From assembly GCA_963845535.1 (NCBI GenBank), contig CAWJSK010000006.1, forward strand, positions 1-64,000: 64,000 nt of DNA. Direction: 5' to 3'. This document shows positions 1 to 10,335 of the stretch, in pieces. The notes beneath the pieces were generated by a model. It ran no database searches, was not told the origin of the DNA, and saw only the letters and a list, made by a program, of their open reading frames with translations. The DNA is from an uncultured Spirochaetota bacterium. GTDB taxonomy: Bacteria; Spirochaetota; Spirochaetia; SZUA-6; Fen-1364. The number at the start of each line of letters is the position of its first letter. The first letter of the stretch is position 1. A program made the translations under genes and the position numbers.

Positions 1-1906
1 GGCTTGAGCTCTTCCGGATCCAGTTCTTCCGGTTCCAGCTCTTCAGCTTCCTCTTCCACCGGCCCGAGCTCTTCAAGGTCCAGTTCTTCGATGCTTTCAA
101 GGTCCTCCTCCGCGGGAGGAAGCTCTTCGAAAGCATCCACGGGCTCGACGTTCTCGGGCAACGGCAGCCCTGAATCCGCAGCGGCAGAGTACCCCAGGCC
201 AGCGTCTTCCAGCTCCATTTCCGGCGCGGGGCCCCGTCCTGGCCTGCGCGGCCTGTGCGGGGCCATGCGCGGGCCCCGGCCCGGCTTGCGTGGGCCCTTG
301 CGCGTCAAAGCGGACGAGCTGCGTGCCCTGCGTCGGTCCCTTGGGGAGCCTGCTCACCATGGCAGCCACCTGCTCCACCACGTCCATCAGCGCTTTGGCG
401 GACGCGGCCATGGTGGGCGCGCGATGTTCCGCGTCCGACCCCCGGTCCGCGGCCTCGGCAAGCGCGGATTCCAGGCGCCCCGCCCCTTCCACCGCTGATC
501 CAGCGAGATTCGTGACGGATGACAGAGCATCGAAAATCCCTTTGAGAGCCCGACGAAGCGTCTCGATGGTCTGGTAGGAGCTCCTGGCATCCAAGGCAAT
601 ACGGCGCGCGGCATCCTGCATGATCTGGGCGAGGTCGGCCACCTCAGAGGCTGACCGGGCGCTTCGGTCCGCCAGCTTCCGTACCTGCTGCGCAACGACG
701 GTGAACCCCCGTCCGGCTTCTCCTGCCCGGGCAGCCTCGATGGCGGCGTTGAGGGAAAGCAGCTCCGTCTGGTCGGACACGTCGCCAATCAGGGCGACGA
801 CTTCCTCGATCCGCGAGGTCCGCTCCTCGAGCAGAGCTCGTGGCGTCGATGGCTTTCTGGATGGTTTCCAGGGAAGCCTCAACTGCCTCTCCCCCCTCCT
901 TGGCCGCTGAAAGGCTGCCGCCCACGTTCCGAGCCACGCCCCTCACTGTTTCAGCCACGCTGGCAAGCCCATGGCCCGTGTCCTTCATGACCTGCGCCTG
1001 GCTGGTGAACGACTCCCTCACCCTCACGGCGTCCTCAATGACGGCGGGGAGGTCCGCGACAACCCTTTCGGAAGCCTCCCGCAGGCGCAGCGCATTCGCC
1101 TCCAGGGATCCGAGCTTCCGCATCTCCGCGGCCAGCTCCCCGATTTCCCCGCCTTCCTCAACTTCAAGCAGAGGCGAGGTGTCTCCCTCACCGAGGCTTC
1201 TGCTGAAGCCGATGAGCCTGTTCAAGTCACGCCGGAGGGAAAAGAGGGCCCAGAAGACGAACCCGAAAAGGGAAAGGGCGCCGAGGATGGCACAGGCGGC
1301 AAACAGGATGGAAATCGTCCTGCGCGTGCCTGCCGTTGTCTCTTCGAATTGTCGGCCGATATTCGCAAAATCCGAAAGGACCCTTTCCGTGATGAGGGAA
1401 AACGTCGTGAGGTTTGCGGAGGGCCCTTCTGCGGCGGGGCCCGCGGCGGGACCTGCGTGACCTGCGGCTGCACCGCCCTGATCACCGGAAACGCTGACGG
1501 CCGGCTGAAGGGCCGCGAACCACTGTGATTCCACAAAGGTCCCCAGCCTCCTGGCTGCATCTTTGAGCTCAGGGGAGTACAGGATGGAGCCGCTCATGGA
1601 TGACAACGCTCCGTTCAGCAGACTGTTTATCTCCGCGGCGGAACTGGCAATGTGCCTCAATCGCTCGACCTGGACAATCGCCGATTGGGGCGCATTGGGG
1701 CTGGAAAGAGCCCCGCTCAAGGCGAGAAGCTCGACGCTGGTGGAAACGCCGCTCACCCCAAGGGCGGCGTCCGCGAACGCGCGAGCGTCCCTCTCAACAG
1801 TGGCATCCGCGGCCATGCCAGCGGCGAAGCACAGGCCCAGGAGCGCTATTGTCACGAGCAGGAGAACAGTGCCGCCGACAAGCTTCCCCGTGAATGACCG
1901 TTTCAT
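1..1906 (-). CDS. Methyl-accepting chemotaxis protein (2 TM, HAMP, signalling domain, acidic C-terminal tail); two apparent frameshifts (~835 and ~235); 3' end runs off the window
   Basis: N-part in ORF 644..1984 (ATG 1906, [14 protein letters not shown] helices, HAMP). Signalling motif [33 protein letters not shown] in ORF 97..882. Acidic tail [21 protein letters not shown]... in a third frame from ~225 to 1. Confidence 0.85.
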
Positions 1907-1937
1907 ATCGACTTCTCTCTTTTCATTTCTCCGCGAC

Positions 1938-3284
1938 TCACAGGCCGTACTCCTCGATCTTGCGGTGGAGGGTCTTTCGGCCAATGCCGAGGATCTCCGC
2001 GGTGCGGCTCTTGTTGCCGCCCTCCCTTCCGAGGGTGGAGCGGATCACCTCTTTTTCCACCTCGGCAAGGCTGGCGCCGACGGGCACGCGGAGGTAGTCA
2101 TCCACGCCGGTGTCCCCGCGCACGTTGGGCGGAAGATCCTCCAGCGTGATCATGGAGCCCTTGCAGAGCACCACGGCGCTTTCAATCGAGTTTCGAAGCT
2201 GCCTGACGTTGCCCGGCCATGAGTAGTTGTACAGCGCAAGCCGCGCCTTGGGATCTATCCCGTCAATGCTCTTCCCGTTCTCCTGGCAGAACTCCTTGAG
2301 GAACGCCGCTGTAAGAAGGGCGATATCCTCTTTTCGCTCCCGAAGCGGCGGGATGTGGATGTTGACCACGTTGAGCCGGTAGTAGAGGTCCTCACGGAAG
2401 GCGCCGCTGGCAATGGCTGCCTTGAGGTCCCGGTTGGTGGCCGCAATCAGCCGAACGTCGACCTCTATTGTTTCCTCCCCTCCCACTCTCTCGAACTTTT
2501 TCTCTTCCAAGACGCGCAGGAGCTTGATCTGCACGTTCTGGTTTATCTCCCCGATCTCGTCAAGGAACAGGGTGCCCATGTGGGCAAGCTCGAACCTTCC
2601 CCGCTTCCTCATGATTGCCCCGGTGAACGCGCCTTTCTCATGCCCGAAGAGCTCGCTTTCCAGCAGCGACTCGGAGAGGGCCGCGCAGTGAAGCTTGATG
2701 AACGGCTTGTCCTTGCGCGGTGAATTGTAGTGCAGGGCCTCGGCAATCATCTCTTTCCCGGAGCCGCTCTCTCCCGTGATGAGCACGGAGGACCGAGAAG
2801 GCGCCACCTGGCGCACCATCTCGAAGACCTGCTTCATCTCCGCGCTCTTGCCGATGATGCTTGCAAACTGGCTGCGCCGCTCCAGCTCCTCCTGCATGGC
2901 CCGGTTCTGCAGCGCAAGCTCGCGGTTTCCCAGCGCGCGCTTGACCATGAGGGAGAGGCGGTCCAGGTTCACCGGCTTGGTGAGGAAGTCATAGGCGCCG
3001 TCATGCATGGCCTGCACGGCGGACTCTATGGTGCCGTGTCCCGTGAGGATGATGACCGGCACGGTGGGAAACTGTGAGGAGATGTTTCGAAGCAGGTCCT
3101 CTCCCGACATGTGCGGCATTTTGAGGTCGGTGATTACGAGGTCGATGTCCCCCTTGTTCACCGTCTCCCATGCCTCGTGCCCGTCCGCCGCCAGCGCCAC
3201 GTCATATCCGTCCAGCGCCAGCGCCTCCCGCAGCCCCTCGCGGATGTTCTTTTCATCGTCGGCAACGAGGACGGTGAGCTTCAT
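1938..3284 (-). CDS. Sigma-54-dependent response regulator (REC-AAA+-Fis HTH; NtrC/AtoC/Rrp2-like)
   Basis: REC (VLVADDE, DLKMP), Walker A GESGSGKE, ESELFGHEKGAFTGA, C-terminal HTH NKSRTAEILGIGRKTL. Confidence 0.95.
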   Translation of the reverse strand: MKLTVLVADDEKNIREGLREALALDGYDVALAADGHEAWETVNKGDIDLVITDLKMPHMSGEDLLRNISSQFPTVPVIILTGHGTIESAVQAMHDGAYDFLTKPVNLDRLSLMVKRALGNRELALQNRAMQEELERRSQFASIIGKSAEMKQVFEMVRQVAPSRSSVLITGESGSGKEMIAEALHYNSPRKDKPFIKLHCAALSESLLESELFGHEKGAFTGAIMRKRGRFELAHMGTLFLDEIGEINQNVQIKLLRVLEEKKFERVGGEETIEVDVRLIAATNRDLKAAIASGAFREDLYYRLNVVNIHIPPLRERKEDIALLTAAFLKEFCQENGKSIDGIDPKARLALYNYSWPGNVRQLRNSIESAVVLCKGSMITLEDLPPNVRGDTGVDDYLRVPVGASLAEVEKEVIRSTLGREGGNKSRTAEILGIGRKTLHRKIEEYGL

Positions 3285-4447
3285 TGCGCCTCCCCTTTGT
3301 AGTCGATGAGTATCTTCTCCTTCTGCGGGACCGGAAGGGACATGCTGACGGTGGTCCCCTCGCCCTCTTTTGAGTCCACGGAAATGTCCCCGAAGTGCTC
3401 TTTCACGATCTTGAAGACAATCGTCAGCCCGAGCCCCGTGCCAAACGGCTTCGTGGTGAAATACGGCTCGAAGATCTTGTCCATGACCTGCTCGGGGATC
3501 CCGGTTCCCGTGTCCGAAATCCGAACGCTCACCTCGTTCCCGACCCGGCGGGTTTCCACCCGCAGCACGCCTCCATCCGGCATTGCGGCAACCGCGTTCT
3601 TGATGAGATTCAGCAGCGCCTGCTTGATGAAGCGGGCGTCAATGCGCAGGAGAGGCACCGCGGAGGAAAGGCTCGACTCCACCTTCACGCCTGCCTGGTC
3701 CATCTCCGGCCGCACGAACTCCAGCAGTTCCGTGATGACCGCGTTGATGTCGCCGTCCTCCAGATGAGTGTCCATGGGCTTCACGGCGAAAAGGAAGTCC
3801 ACGACGATGCTGTTGAGCCTCTCAACTTCCTCCCCGATCACCGCGAGGTGCTGGACGATCTCTTTCTGGTCAATGCAGTCACGGCCGGCAATCTTCTTCT
3901 GGATGAGCTGAAGATGGATGCCCATGGACCCCAGGGGGTTCTTGATCTCGTGCGCCACGCCGGCGGCGAGCGTCGTGAGGGAAGCAAGGCTCTCCGCCCT
4001 TCGCAGCCGGGCTTCCTTGGAGCGTTTCTCCGTCACGTCCTCGACATGCACGACGGTCCCCTGGACGCTCCCCTGGCTCACGAGGGGCAGGATGCTCACC
4101 GAAACTATTCTGGGAGAGCCGTTTCCCAGCGTGAACTCCCTGTCGGATACTTTCTCCTGGCCGCGCAGCTTGGCGGAGAAGAACTCCGACAGGTCCTTGT
4201 CACCGAGGCAGTCCCAGAGGGGCCGGTTCCCCAGGTCGTCTCCCTCGAAGGGAAAAAGCCTCTCCGCGGACTTGTTGTGCAGCATGAGGCGATGGTCCCT
4301 GTCCGTGACGACAATCCCATCCGTCATGGAATCCAGGAGCATGCCCAGCAGGTCGTTTTCCTCGGAAACTCTCACAATGAGCGCGCGGACCTGGGCGGTG
4401 TCCATCTTGCCCAGCTTGTCGAGCGCCTTCTGGATGAACTTCCTCAT
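3281..4447 (-). CDS. Cytoplasmic PAS-domain sensor histidine kinase (Hk2-like)
   Basis: PAS region, H-box VAHEIKNPL, N-box NLIKNA, G-boxes DTGTGI and GTGLGL; 4-nt overlap with the regulator. Confidence 0.95.
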   Translation of the reverse strand: MRKFIQKALDKLGKMDTAQVRALIVRVSEENDLLGMLLDSMTDGIVVTDRDHRLMLHNKSAERLFPFEGDDLGNRPLWDCLGDKDLSEFFSAKLRGQEKVSDREFTLGNGSPRIVSVSILPLVSQGSVQGTVVHVEDVTEKRSKEARLRRAESLASLTTLAAGVAHEIKNPLGSMGIHLQLIQKKIAGRDCIDQKEIVQHLAVIGEEVERLNSIVVDFLFAVKPMDTHLEDGDINAVITELLEFVRPEMDQAGVKVESSLSSAVPLLRIDARFIKQALLNLIKNAVAAMPDGGVLRVETRRVGNEVSVRISDTGTGIPEQVMDKIFEPYFTTKPFGTGLGLTIVFKIVKEHFGDISVDSKEGEGTTVSMSLPVPQKEKILIDYKGEAQ

Positions 4448-5697
4448 GAGAGGGCCTCCGCCGCGTGGCCGTCAGCGTCACGGCGCGCCGTTTCCCGCAT
4501 GCGGATGTAGAGGGCCTCTATGACCGTGGCGGGGCTCATATTGAAGGTCTCGATCCGCATGAGGCTCTCTCGCATGGCGCCGCTCCATTCCTCAGCCATC
4601 TCCAGGGGAATTGTCCCCGCGCGAAGCGGCTCTTGCAGCCGAAGCGTCAGCTCTTCCAGGAACGACAGGACGGCCTCCCGCTGGTTCTTTTCGCGCGCCG
4701 AACGGCGGTCAGACGGGAGGAGGTCCGCCAGTTCCCCAAGGACGTCGATGTCCGTATGGTCCGGATTGATCACGGCTTCCATGAAGCCTCGGGAGAGCTG
4801 CCCCAGCTTTTGAGGATTGATCTCCTTCCACGCGAGGAAGAACGCCCGCAGGCCGTCGAAGTGCCCTGGCTCTTCACGGAAAATCCTGACAAGAACGTCG
4901 TGTTCCTCCGCCGGGCTCCTCTGCTCGAACGCATACGGACGCAGGCGCGAAAGAATTGTCGGCATGATGGCCGCCCTGCGGGGAGAGAGCATGATGAGGT
5001 GCACCGAGGCCGGTGGCTCCTCCAGGAGCTTGAGGAGCGCGCTGCGGGCAGAGTCCTGCATCTTGTCTACATTCTCCAGGATTGCAACCTTCCGGGAGCT
5101 GCCCGCGGTGACGTGGGCCCAGGAGGCGAGCCTGCGAACCTGACCGATCGAAATGGACTCCGTCCGCCCAATCCCCGCAAGTTGGGCGCAGGCGGCAATG
5201 ATCTCCTCCAGCAGCTTGGCCAGCTTCTTTTCGGGAGGAAGCTCATGCCCGGGAGAGAGGTCCAGGAGCATCTCCTCGATGGCCGCCACTTTCTCCTGGG
5301 CAGCCCTTACTTTGGAGTCCTCCGCATCCCAGACAACGGTGTCGAACCTGCGGGTCAGCTTGCGAACCGCGCGCAGAAAGAGGTACTGGGAGGAGGAGCG
5401 TCGGCCGCGCAGGAGCGAATCCGCGCACGCGGCAATCTCCACGTCCCAGGAGCGGGAGCCCAGCAACACTGTGTGGGGATGCAGCAGCTCTTTCTGGCTC
5501 CTGCAGGAGGCGCATTCACAGGTCCATTCTCCGGTCCCGGCCCCGCACGTCAGCACGCGCGCCGCTTCCAACGCCACGGAGAGCTTTCCGCTGTACTGCG
5601 GCCCGAAGAACAACGCTGCCCGGGGGAAGCTGCCCCGGGTCAGCTCTGAGCGCAGCGTCTCCACGGTTGCCCGCTGGCCGATGATGTTCTCGAACAT
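4444..5697 (-). CDS. holB: DNA polymerase III clamp-loader subunit (delta'/HolB-like)
   Basis: MFENIIGQ start, degenerate Walker A GPQYSGK, Zn motif CECASC, ALLKLLEEPP, TILSRL. Confidence 0.75.
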   Translation of the reverse strand: MFENIIGQRATVETLRSELTRGSFPRAALFFGPQYSGKLSVALEAARVLTCGAGTGEWTCECASCRSQKELLHPHTVLLGSRSWDVEIAACADSLLRGRRSSSQYLFLRAVRKLTRRFDTVVWDAEDSKVRAAQEKVAAIEEMLLDLSPGHELPPEKKLAKLLEEIIAACAQLAGIGRTESISIGQVRRLASWAHVTAGSSRKVAILENVDKMQDSARSALLKLLEEPPASVHLIMLSPRRAAIMPTILSRLRPYAFEQRSPAEEHDVLVRIFREEPGHFDGLRAFFLAWKEINPQKLGQLSRGFMEAVINPDHTDIDVLGELADLLPSDRRSAREKNQREAVLSFLEELTLRLQEPLRAGTIPLEMAEEWSGAMRESLMRIETFNMSPATVIEALYIRMRETARRDADGHAAEALS

Positions 5698-6854
5698 CAG
5701 GTCATCCTTCCCGCGTCCGAATTGCTCACGCCCGACTGGCCCCCGTCCGAAGCCTGTCCCATCCGAGCCTGGATGAGGCTGGCGATGTAGCCCGCGGGAT
5801 TCCCCCCGCTCAGGGACTTTGCGTTCAAGGCCATCTCGGAAAGCTTCCGCGGATCGGAAAGAAGGGACTCCACGGCGGAAAGAAAGGACTCCGCTGTCGT
5901 CTGCTCTTCTTTCAAGACCACCGCGGCTCCCGCCTGGCGGAAGACCTCTGCGTTTCGCAGTTGGTCTCCGCGGCTTCCCGAGGTGGGAAGAGGAATCAGG
6001 AGCATTGGCTTGCCCAGAGCGGCGAGCTCGGAAAGTGTGTTTGCGCCGGAGCGGCTCACCACGAGGTTGGCGGCAGCCATGACGTCCGCAAGCCCATCCT
6101 TGATGAACGCCGCGGTGACGTAGCGCGGCAGCTCCGATGGCGTGAACTCTTTTTCTCCCATCTGATGGACGATAAAGTACTTCCCCGCGAGCTTCGGTGC
6201 AACGCTCGAAACGATGGAGTTGATGAACGAGGATCCCAGGCTGCCGCCCATCACCAGGACGAGCGGCGTGTGGGAATCACATCCCACCATCGAACGTCCA
6301 CGGGAGGCGTCCCCAAGGCGGAGAGCCGCCCTCACGGGGTTGCCGGTGACAACCGCCTTCTCTCGATAGCGGACGGGAAGGAACTCCACGGTGTCAGGGA
6401 ACGACACGAAGACCTTTTCGCAGAAGCGCAGGTTGATCCGCGTGGCCAGGCCGGGGTCGAAATCCGACTCATGGGTGAAAGAAGGGATGCCGCACAGCCG
6501 CGCCGCAATGACGGGCGGAACGCTCACGAATCCCCCCTTGGAGAAAAGCAAGGAGGGCCGTTCCCTGCGAAGGATCCTGAGGGAGCTGATGACACCGGCA
6601 AAGACCCGCGCGACGTCTGTAAGGTTTCGCGGGGACAGGTACCTGCGGAGCTTGCCCGCGGGAATCCCGTGGAAGGTGATCCCGGCTTCTCGAACCAGCT
6701 TGCCCTCTACGCCCCGCGTGGAGCCGATCCAGAAAATGCGGCAGCCCAGCCGCTCGGCAACGGCAATTCCCGGAAAAACATGCCCAGCCGTGCCTCCGCC
6801 GGTGATGGCCACCACGTGCACGTCACTTTTGAAGCTTGCCTGACCTGTGCCCAT
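5697..6854 (-). CDS. murG: Undecaprenyldiphospho-muramoylpentapeptide beta-N-acetylglucosaminyltransferase
   Basis: TGGGTAGHVFP, SKGGFVSVP, HESD, TGNPVR, GGSLGS, SRSGA, DQLRNA; true start may be slightly later. Confidence 0.95.
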   Translation of the reverse strand: MGTGQASFKSDVHVVAITGGGTAGHVFPGIAVAERLGCRIFWIGSTRGVEGKLVREAGITFHGIPAGKLRRYLSPRNLTDVARVFAGVISSLRILRRERPSLLFSKGGFVSVPPVIAARLCGIPSFTHESDFDPGLATRINLRFCEKVFVSFPDTVEFLPVRYREKAVVTGNPVRAALRLGDASRGRSMVGCDSHTPLVLVMGGSLGSSFINSIVSSVAPKLAGKYFIVHQMGEKEFTPSELPRYVTAAFIKDGLADVMAAANLVVSRSGANTLSELAALGKPMLLIPLPTSGSRGDQLRNAEVFRQAGAAVVLKEEQTTAESFLSAVESLLSDPRKLSEMALNAKSLSGGNPAGYIASLIQARMGQASDGGQSGVSNSDAGRMT

Positions 6855-6873
6855 AGTGTAGTTTCACCATACC

Positions 6874-7653
6874 ATGAAGCTCCTCCTGGTAGCAATCCAG
6901 ACGCTCTTCGTGCTTTTGCCTCTTGCGGCGGAGGACCCCCTGGCTCCCTATTTGCCTGAAAAGTCCTTGAATGAGCTGCGCGCCGGGAAGCTCCTCACTG
7001 CGAGCATCCCGTCGGATTACAAACTGTCCCTTATGCCGGCAATCATCTCGGCTGATTCGATTGCCTCTGAGGTCAAGGACCGCCAGCCGAGCATGGGCGT
7101 CGAGCTGACTGCCATCATCACGGGGCTGCCTCAGGCCATGGACACGCAGGCGGGCTGGCTTCTGTTGTACAACGCGCTGCACGCGGTGAGCACGATGAAA
7201 GGGATCCCGTACTACTCGGCGTCGCGGGGAATTTCCCGCGTGCTGTTCACTGACTCCTATGTCATTGATTCCGCGGACAAGAAGAATCGAGTGGCTGACC
7301 CCGTTTTTGACGAAATTCCGCCGGAGGACCTCATCTTTACGTTTCAGGAAGACTCCTCCTTTGGAAAGAATGTCTATGAGGAGCACTTCTCCGAAAGGGA
7401 AGACCATTTCGTCGTGAAAATGGAAAACCTCACGACAATTTCGTTCCTCTTCCTTCCGCTGATCCAGCCGCGTGACCTCGTGAGCCAGGTTGTTTTGATT
7501 CCCAGCGGCAACGAAGTAGTGTTCTACGGGGTCTCGTACCTGAGGACTGCTTTCCCGCTGGGGGACCGTCACAGCCGTGAGCAGTCCTTGAAGAACCGAC
7601 TTGTGGCAATGGAGAACTGGCTGAAAGCGCGCCTGGGCGGGGAAGCGCAGTAG
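6874..7653 (+). CDS. Exported hypothetical protein of a spirochaete-type family
   Basis: 259-aa ORF with signal-peptide-like N-terminus and KGIPYYSASRG / QEDSSFGKN motifs. Confidence 0.7.
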   Translation: MKLLLVAIQTLFVLLPLAAEDPLAPYLPEKSLNELRAGKLLTASIPSDYKLSLMPAIISADSIASEVKDRQPSMGVELTAIITGLPQAMDTQAGWLLLYNALHAVSTMKGIPYYSASRGISRVLFTDSYVIDSADKKNRVADPVFDEIPPEDLIFTFQEDSSFGKNVYEEHFSEREDHFVVKMENLTTISFLFLPLIQPRDLVSQVVLIPSGNEVVFYGVSYLRTAFPLGDRHSREQSLKNRLVAMENWLKARLGGEAQ

Positions 7654-7670
7654 ACGGCCGGGACGGCCTT

Positions 7671-8702
7671 CTATCCTGAAATGACCTTGTTGCGTCCTGC
7701 CTGCTTGGCGCGATACATGGCCTGGTCTACGCGTTCTATCCAGGTTTCCCGCGTCTCACCTTCGCGGTAGCAGGACACGCCGATGGAAACGGTGATACGG
7801 AATGTCTCCCCGTAGTACGTGAAGGCGGCTTCCTCGATCTCGCGGCGGAACCTTTCGCTGATGTGCACGGTCTGCACTTCCGTGGTGTTGGAAAGGATGA
7901 TAAAGAACTCCTCCCCGCCATAGCGTCCCGCAAAGTCGTACTTGCGCAGTCCGCCGGAAAGGCGCGCCCCGACCTCCCGGATCACCATGTCCCCGCAGGG
8001 GTGGCCGTAGTTGTCGTTGATGTTCTTGAACCTGTCAATGTCGATCATGAGTCCGGCCATGGGGACCTCCAGGCGGGCGCTCCGCTCGACCTCGATGTCC
8101 ATCCGGGTGAACAGGCTCCTGCGGTTGAGGAGGCCGGAGAGGCAGTCGTAGGCGGCAAGCTGCTCCAGCTCCTTGTTCGCTTTTTCCAGCTCCTCGTTCA
8201 GCCCGCGTATCTTGTCATACGCCTCCTTGAGGCTCTGGTTCTGATCGAGAACGAGGGAAGAGAGCCGCTCCTCTTCGGCTACCGCGATCCTGAAGAACTC
8301 CCGCTCCTTGAGAAGCGTTGCCTGGTTCTGCCACCTCGTTTGAGCGGCGCGCAGGCGGGCGCGAAGCTCGTGCTCGTCCAGCGGCTTTCGCGCAAAGTCA
8401 TCCGGGCAGGACCCGGATGATGAGAGCGCCTCCGCTCCGTCATCCGCGCCGGAGAGAAGAATGATCTGCGGTGGTGACGTGCGGCGGATCCCGCGCATCA
8501 CCTTGATCAGTGTCTCTGCGTCGCCGTCATGCAGGTCCGAGGCAAGCAGCACGACCTGCACCTCTTTTTCCGAGATGACCCGAACGGCTTCCTCCGCGGT
8601 TGCTGCGCGCAGGAGAAGGCAGCCGTCGTTCCCCAGAGATCGGTCGATCAATGCGAGATTTTCCGGGTCCGCGTCCACGATAAGCACATTTACACCTGAC
8701 AT
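7671..8702 (-). CDS. Diguanylate cyclase with N-terminal pseudo-receiver domain and coiled coil
   Basis: DIDRFKNINDNYGH, I-site RKYD, GRYGGEEF; REC-like N-terminus. Confidence 0.92.
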   Translation of the reverse strand: MSGVNVLIVDADPENLALIDRSLGNDGCLLLRAATAEEAVRVISEKEVQVVLLASDLHDGDAETLIKVMRGIRRTSPPQIILLSGADDGAEALSSSGSCPDDFARKPLDEHELRARLRAAQTRWQNQATLLKEREFFRIAVAEEERLSSLVLDQNQSLKEAYDKIRGLNEELEKANKELEQLAAYDCLSGLLNRRSLFTRMDIEVERSARLEVPMAGLMIDIDRFKNINDNYGHPCGDMVIREVGARLSGGLRKYDFAGRYGGEEFFIILSNTTEVQTVHISERFRREIEEAAFTYYGETFRITVSIGVSCYREGETRETWIERVDQAMYRAKQAGRNKVISG

Positions 8703-8813
8703 ATTACTTGGGGGAAAGTCTATGAGAAAATTTTGTCCCGGTCAATCTTCAAGATAAGCCCTGTCAAGATCAGGTCCGCCGGGCCTGATCAGCTCCGCCG
8801 GCCCCGCCGGAGC

Positions 8814-9911
8814 TCAGGCAAGGCCGACCAGGCGCAGGAGGTCTTCCACCAGGCCGAGGGCCAAGCCGAGGACCGCGCCGAACGCGCCGGCCATCACGGG
8901 GAGCCGCGCCCGCACGGGGACAAAAAGCTGCGCGCCGCTTGCCGCGATTCTCGAGGACAGCAGCTCCGCGGTCTGCGGCGCCGAAAGCCATCGAAGGGCG
9001 GAGTTCGCAAGCCGATCTGCCATCTCGGGTTCACTCAGCCTGGCATGCTTTCTCAGGAAAACGCCGAGAGACTGGCCGCCGCTGGTCAGGAACTCCTCCA
9101 GGGACTTGTAAACGCGTTCTTTCGCTCCCGGTTCCGCCAATCCTTCGAGGTATCCCTGGACAAGCTGCGTGACCAGGATTGCGGTGTCAGCCGGTGCGCT
9201 CTTTCCCTCCCGCCAGTCCTTCACAGCCAGAAGCATCCGGTCACGGAGTGCGTGCTGCTGGGCAGGCTCCCGCAGCACCCGCTCGAGAGCCTGTAACGTT
9301 TCCTCCACGATCTCCGGCATCTTCTCATCGAGCCGCTTGTCGAACTGCCCGGCGCTCAGCAGGAAGCGCTGCATGACGTTCAGTTTTTCCAGGATCTGGG
9401 GAAGAAGCTCCCTCCCGCGCGCCGCCATGGTGTCCCTCATCTCGGCGGACTCCATCCATTCGATGACGCGTTCGATCACCACGGGCAACTGTTGCCCCAG
9501 GATTCCTGATGCGTCTTCCAGGACGCGGTCAGAGAGGAGAGGCTGTTGGCGCGCGTGTACTGCTTCGGCGGCGGCGCGCGCGAGCGCCGTTCTGGTTTCC
9601 ACCCCTGCCAACGCGGGAAAGACGGTATCAACAAGAAACGGCTTTACTCTCAGCTTTGTCAGCACGTCCGACATGCGAAGGGAACAGGCGATAGAGACGG
9701 CTTTCGATATCCACTGCCGTGTCTCATGAAGGAATGACGGCGTTGCGACAAGGCGCCGGATGGCTTCCCGGGCAGCGTCCTGGATTCGGTTGCCGGCGAA
9801 AGCGCGCTTCACGACGAACCGCGCCACAAGGAGCGCGGCCGCAAACCCCACGAATGCGCCGATGAGGGGCGGGGCCGCCCACGGAAGCACTGCGCTCACC
9901 GGCGGGGTCAT
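8814..9911 (-). CDS. Membrane-anchored helical protein, DUF445-like
   Basis: N-terminal PPLIGAFVGF helix and C-terminal GAFGAVLGLALGL helix; ATG 9911 overlaps the upstream stop (ATGA). Confidence 0.65.
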   Translation of the reverse strand: MTPPVSAVLPWAAPPLIGAFVGFAAALLVARFVVKRAFAGNRIQDAAREAIRRLVATPSFLHETRQWISKAVSIACSLRMSDVLTKLRVKPFLVDTVFPALAGVETRTALARAAAEAVHARQQPLLSDRVLEDASGILGQQLPVVIERVIEWMESAEMRDTMAARGRELLPQILEKLNVMQRFLLSAGQFDKRLDEKMPEIVEETLQALERVLREPAQQHALRDRMLLAVKDWREGKSAPADTAILVTQLVQGYLEGLAEPGAKERVYKSLEEFLTSGGQSLGVFLRKHARLSEPEMADRLANSALRWLSAPQTAELLSSRIAASGAQLFVPVRARLPVMAGAFGAVLGLALGLVEDLLRLVGLA

Positions 9912-10297
9912 TTGAGGGATGCGGCAAACGTGTCGGCTTTGGTCCTGGTGTCGAAGATCGAGATATAGGAGCCGAAAACCCACCCTTTCAACCCGTCATA
10001 GTTCATTCGATACCAGAAGGACGTGTCGTTCTCAATGGTGTCTTCTTTGTCCGACTTTCCGATGACCTCAGCCACCACTCCCATGCGGATGTGGGCAAGC
10101 ACCGTGGCCTGGCCCGAGGGCTGGTCCCGCACCCTGAGCAGAGGGGACTTCACGACGGCCCACGTCGAGCGGATGCTCAAAACGGGCGTGGGGGGAAGGA
10201 TGACCCTCTCCGTATCGGATGACCTGTTGCATGAAGCGATTGACAGGACCAACGCGATCAACGCCATTGACACGACAAGGCGTCCACCCGTCATCAT
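9908..10297 (-). CDS. SH3-domain lipoprotein
   Basis: Lipobox-like IASC; bacterial SH3 pattern LRVRDQPS...WYRMNYDGLKGWVFGSYI. Confidence 0.85.
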   Translation of the reverse strand: MMTGGRLVVSMALIALVLSIASCNRSSDTERVILPPTPVLSIRSTWAVVKSPLLRVRDQPSGQATVLAHIRMGVVAEVIGKSDKEDTIENDTSFWYRMNYDGLKGWVFGSYISIFDTRTKADTFAASLK

Positions 10298-10335
10298 TGA
10301 TTTTCCTTTGGTCTCGGACCTATATTGTTTCCAAG

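Noticed and set aside
4..498. Ser-rich 164-aa ORF on the + strand
   Set aside because: Antisense shadow of the Glu-rich MCP tail (GAA/GAG codons read as TTC/TCT-rich).
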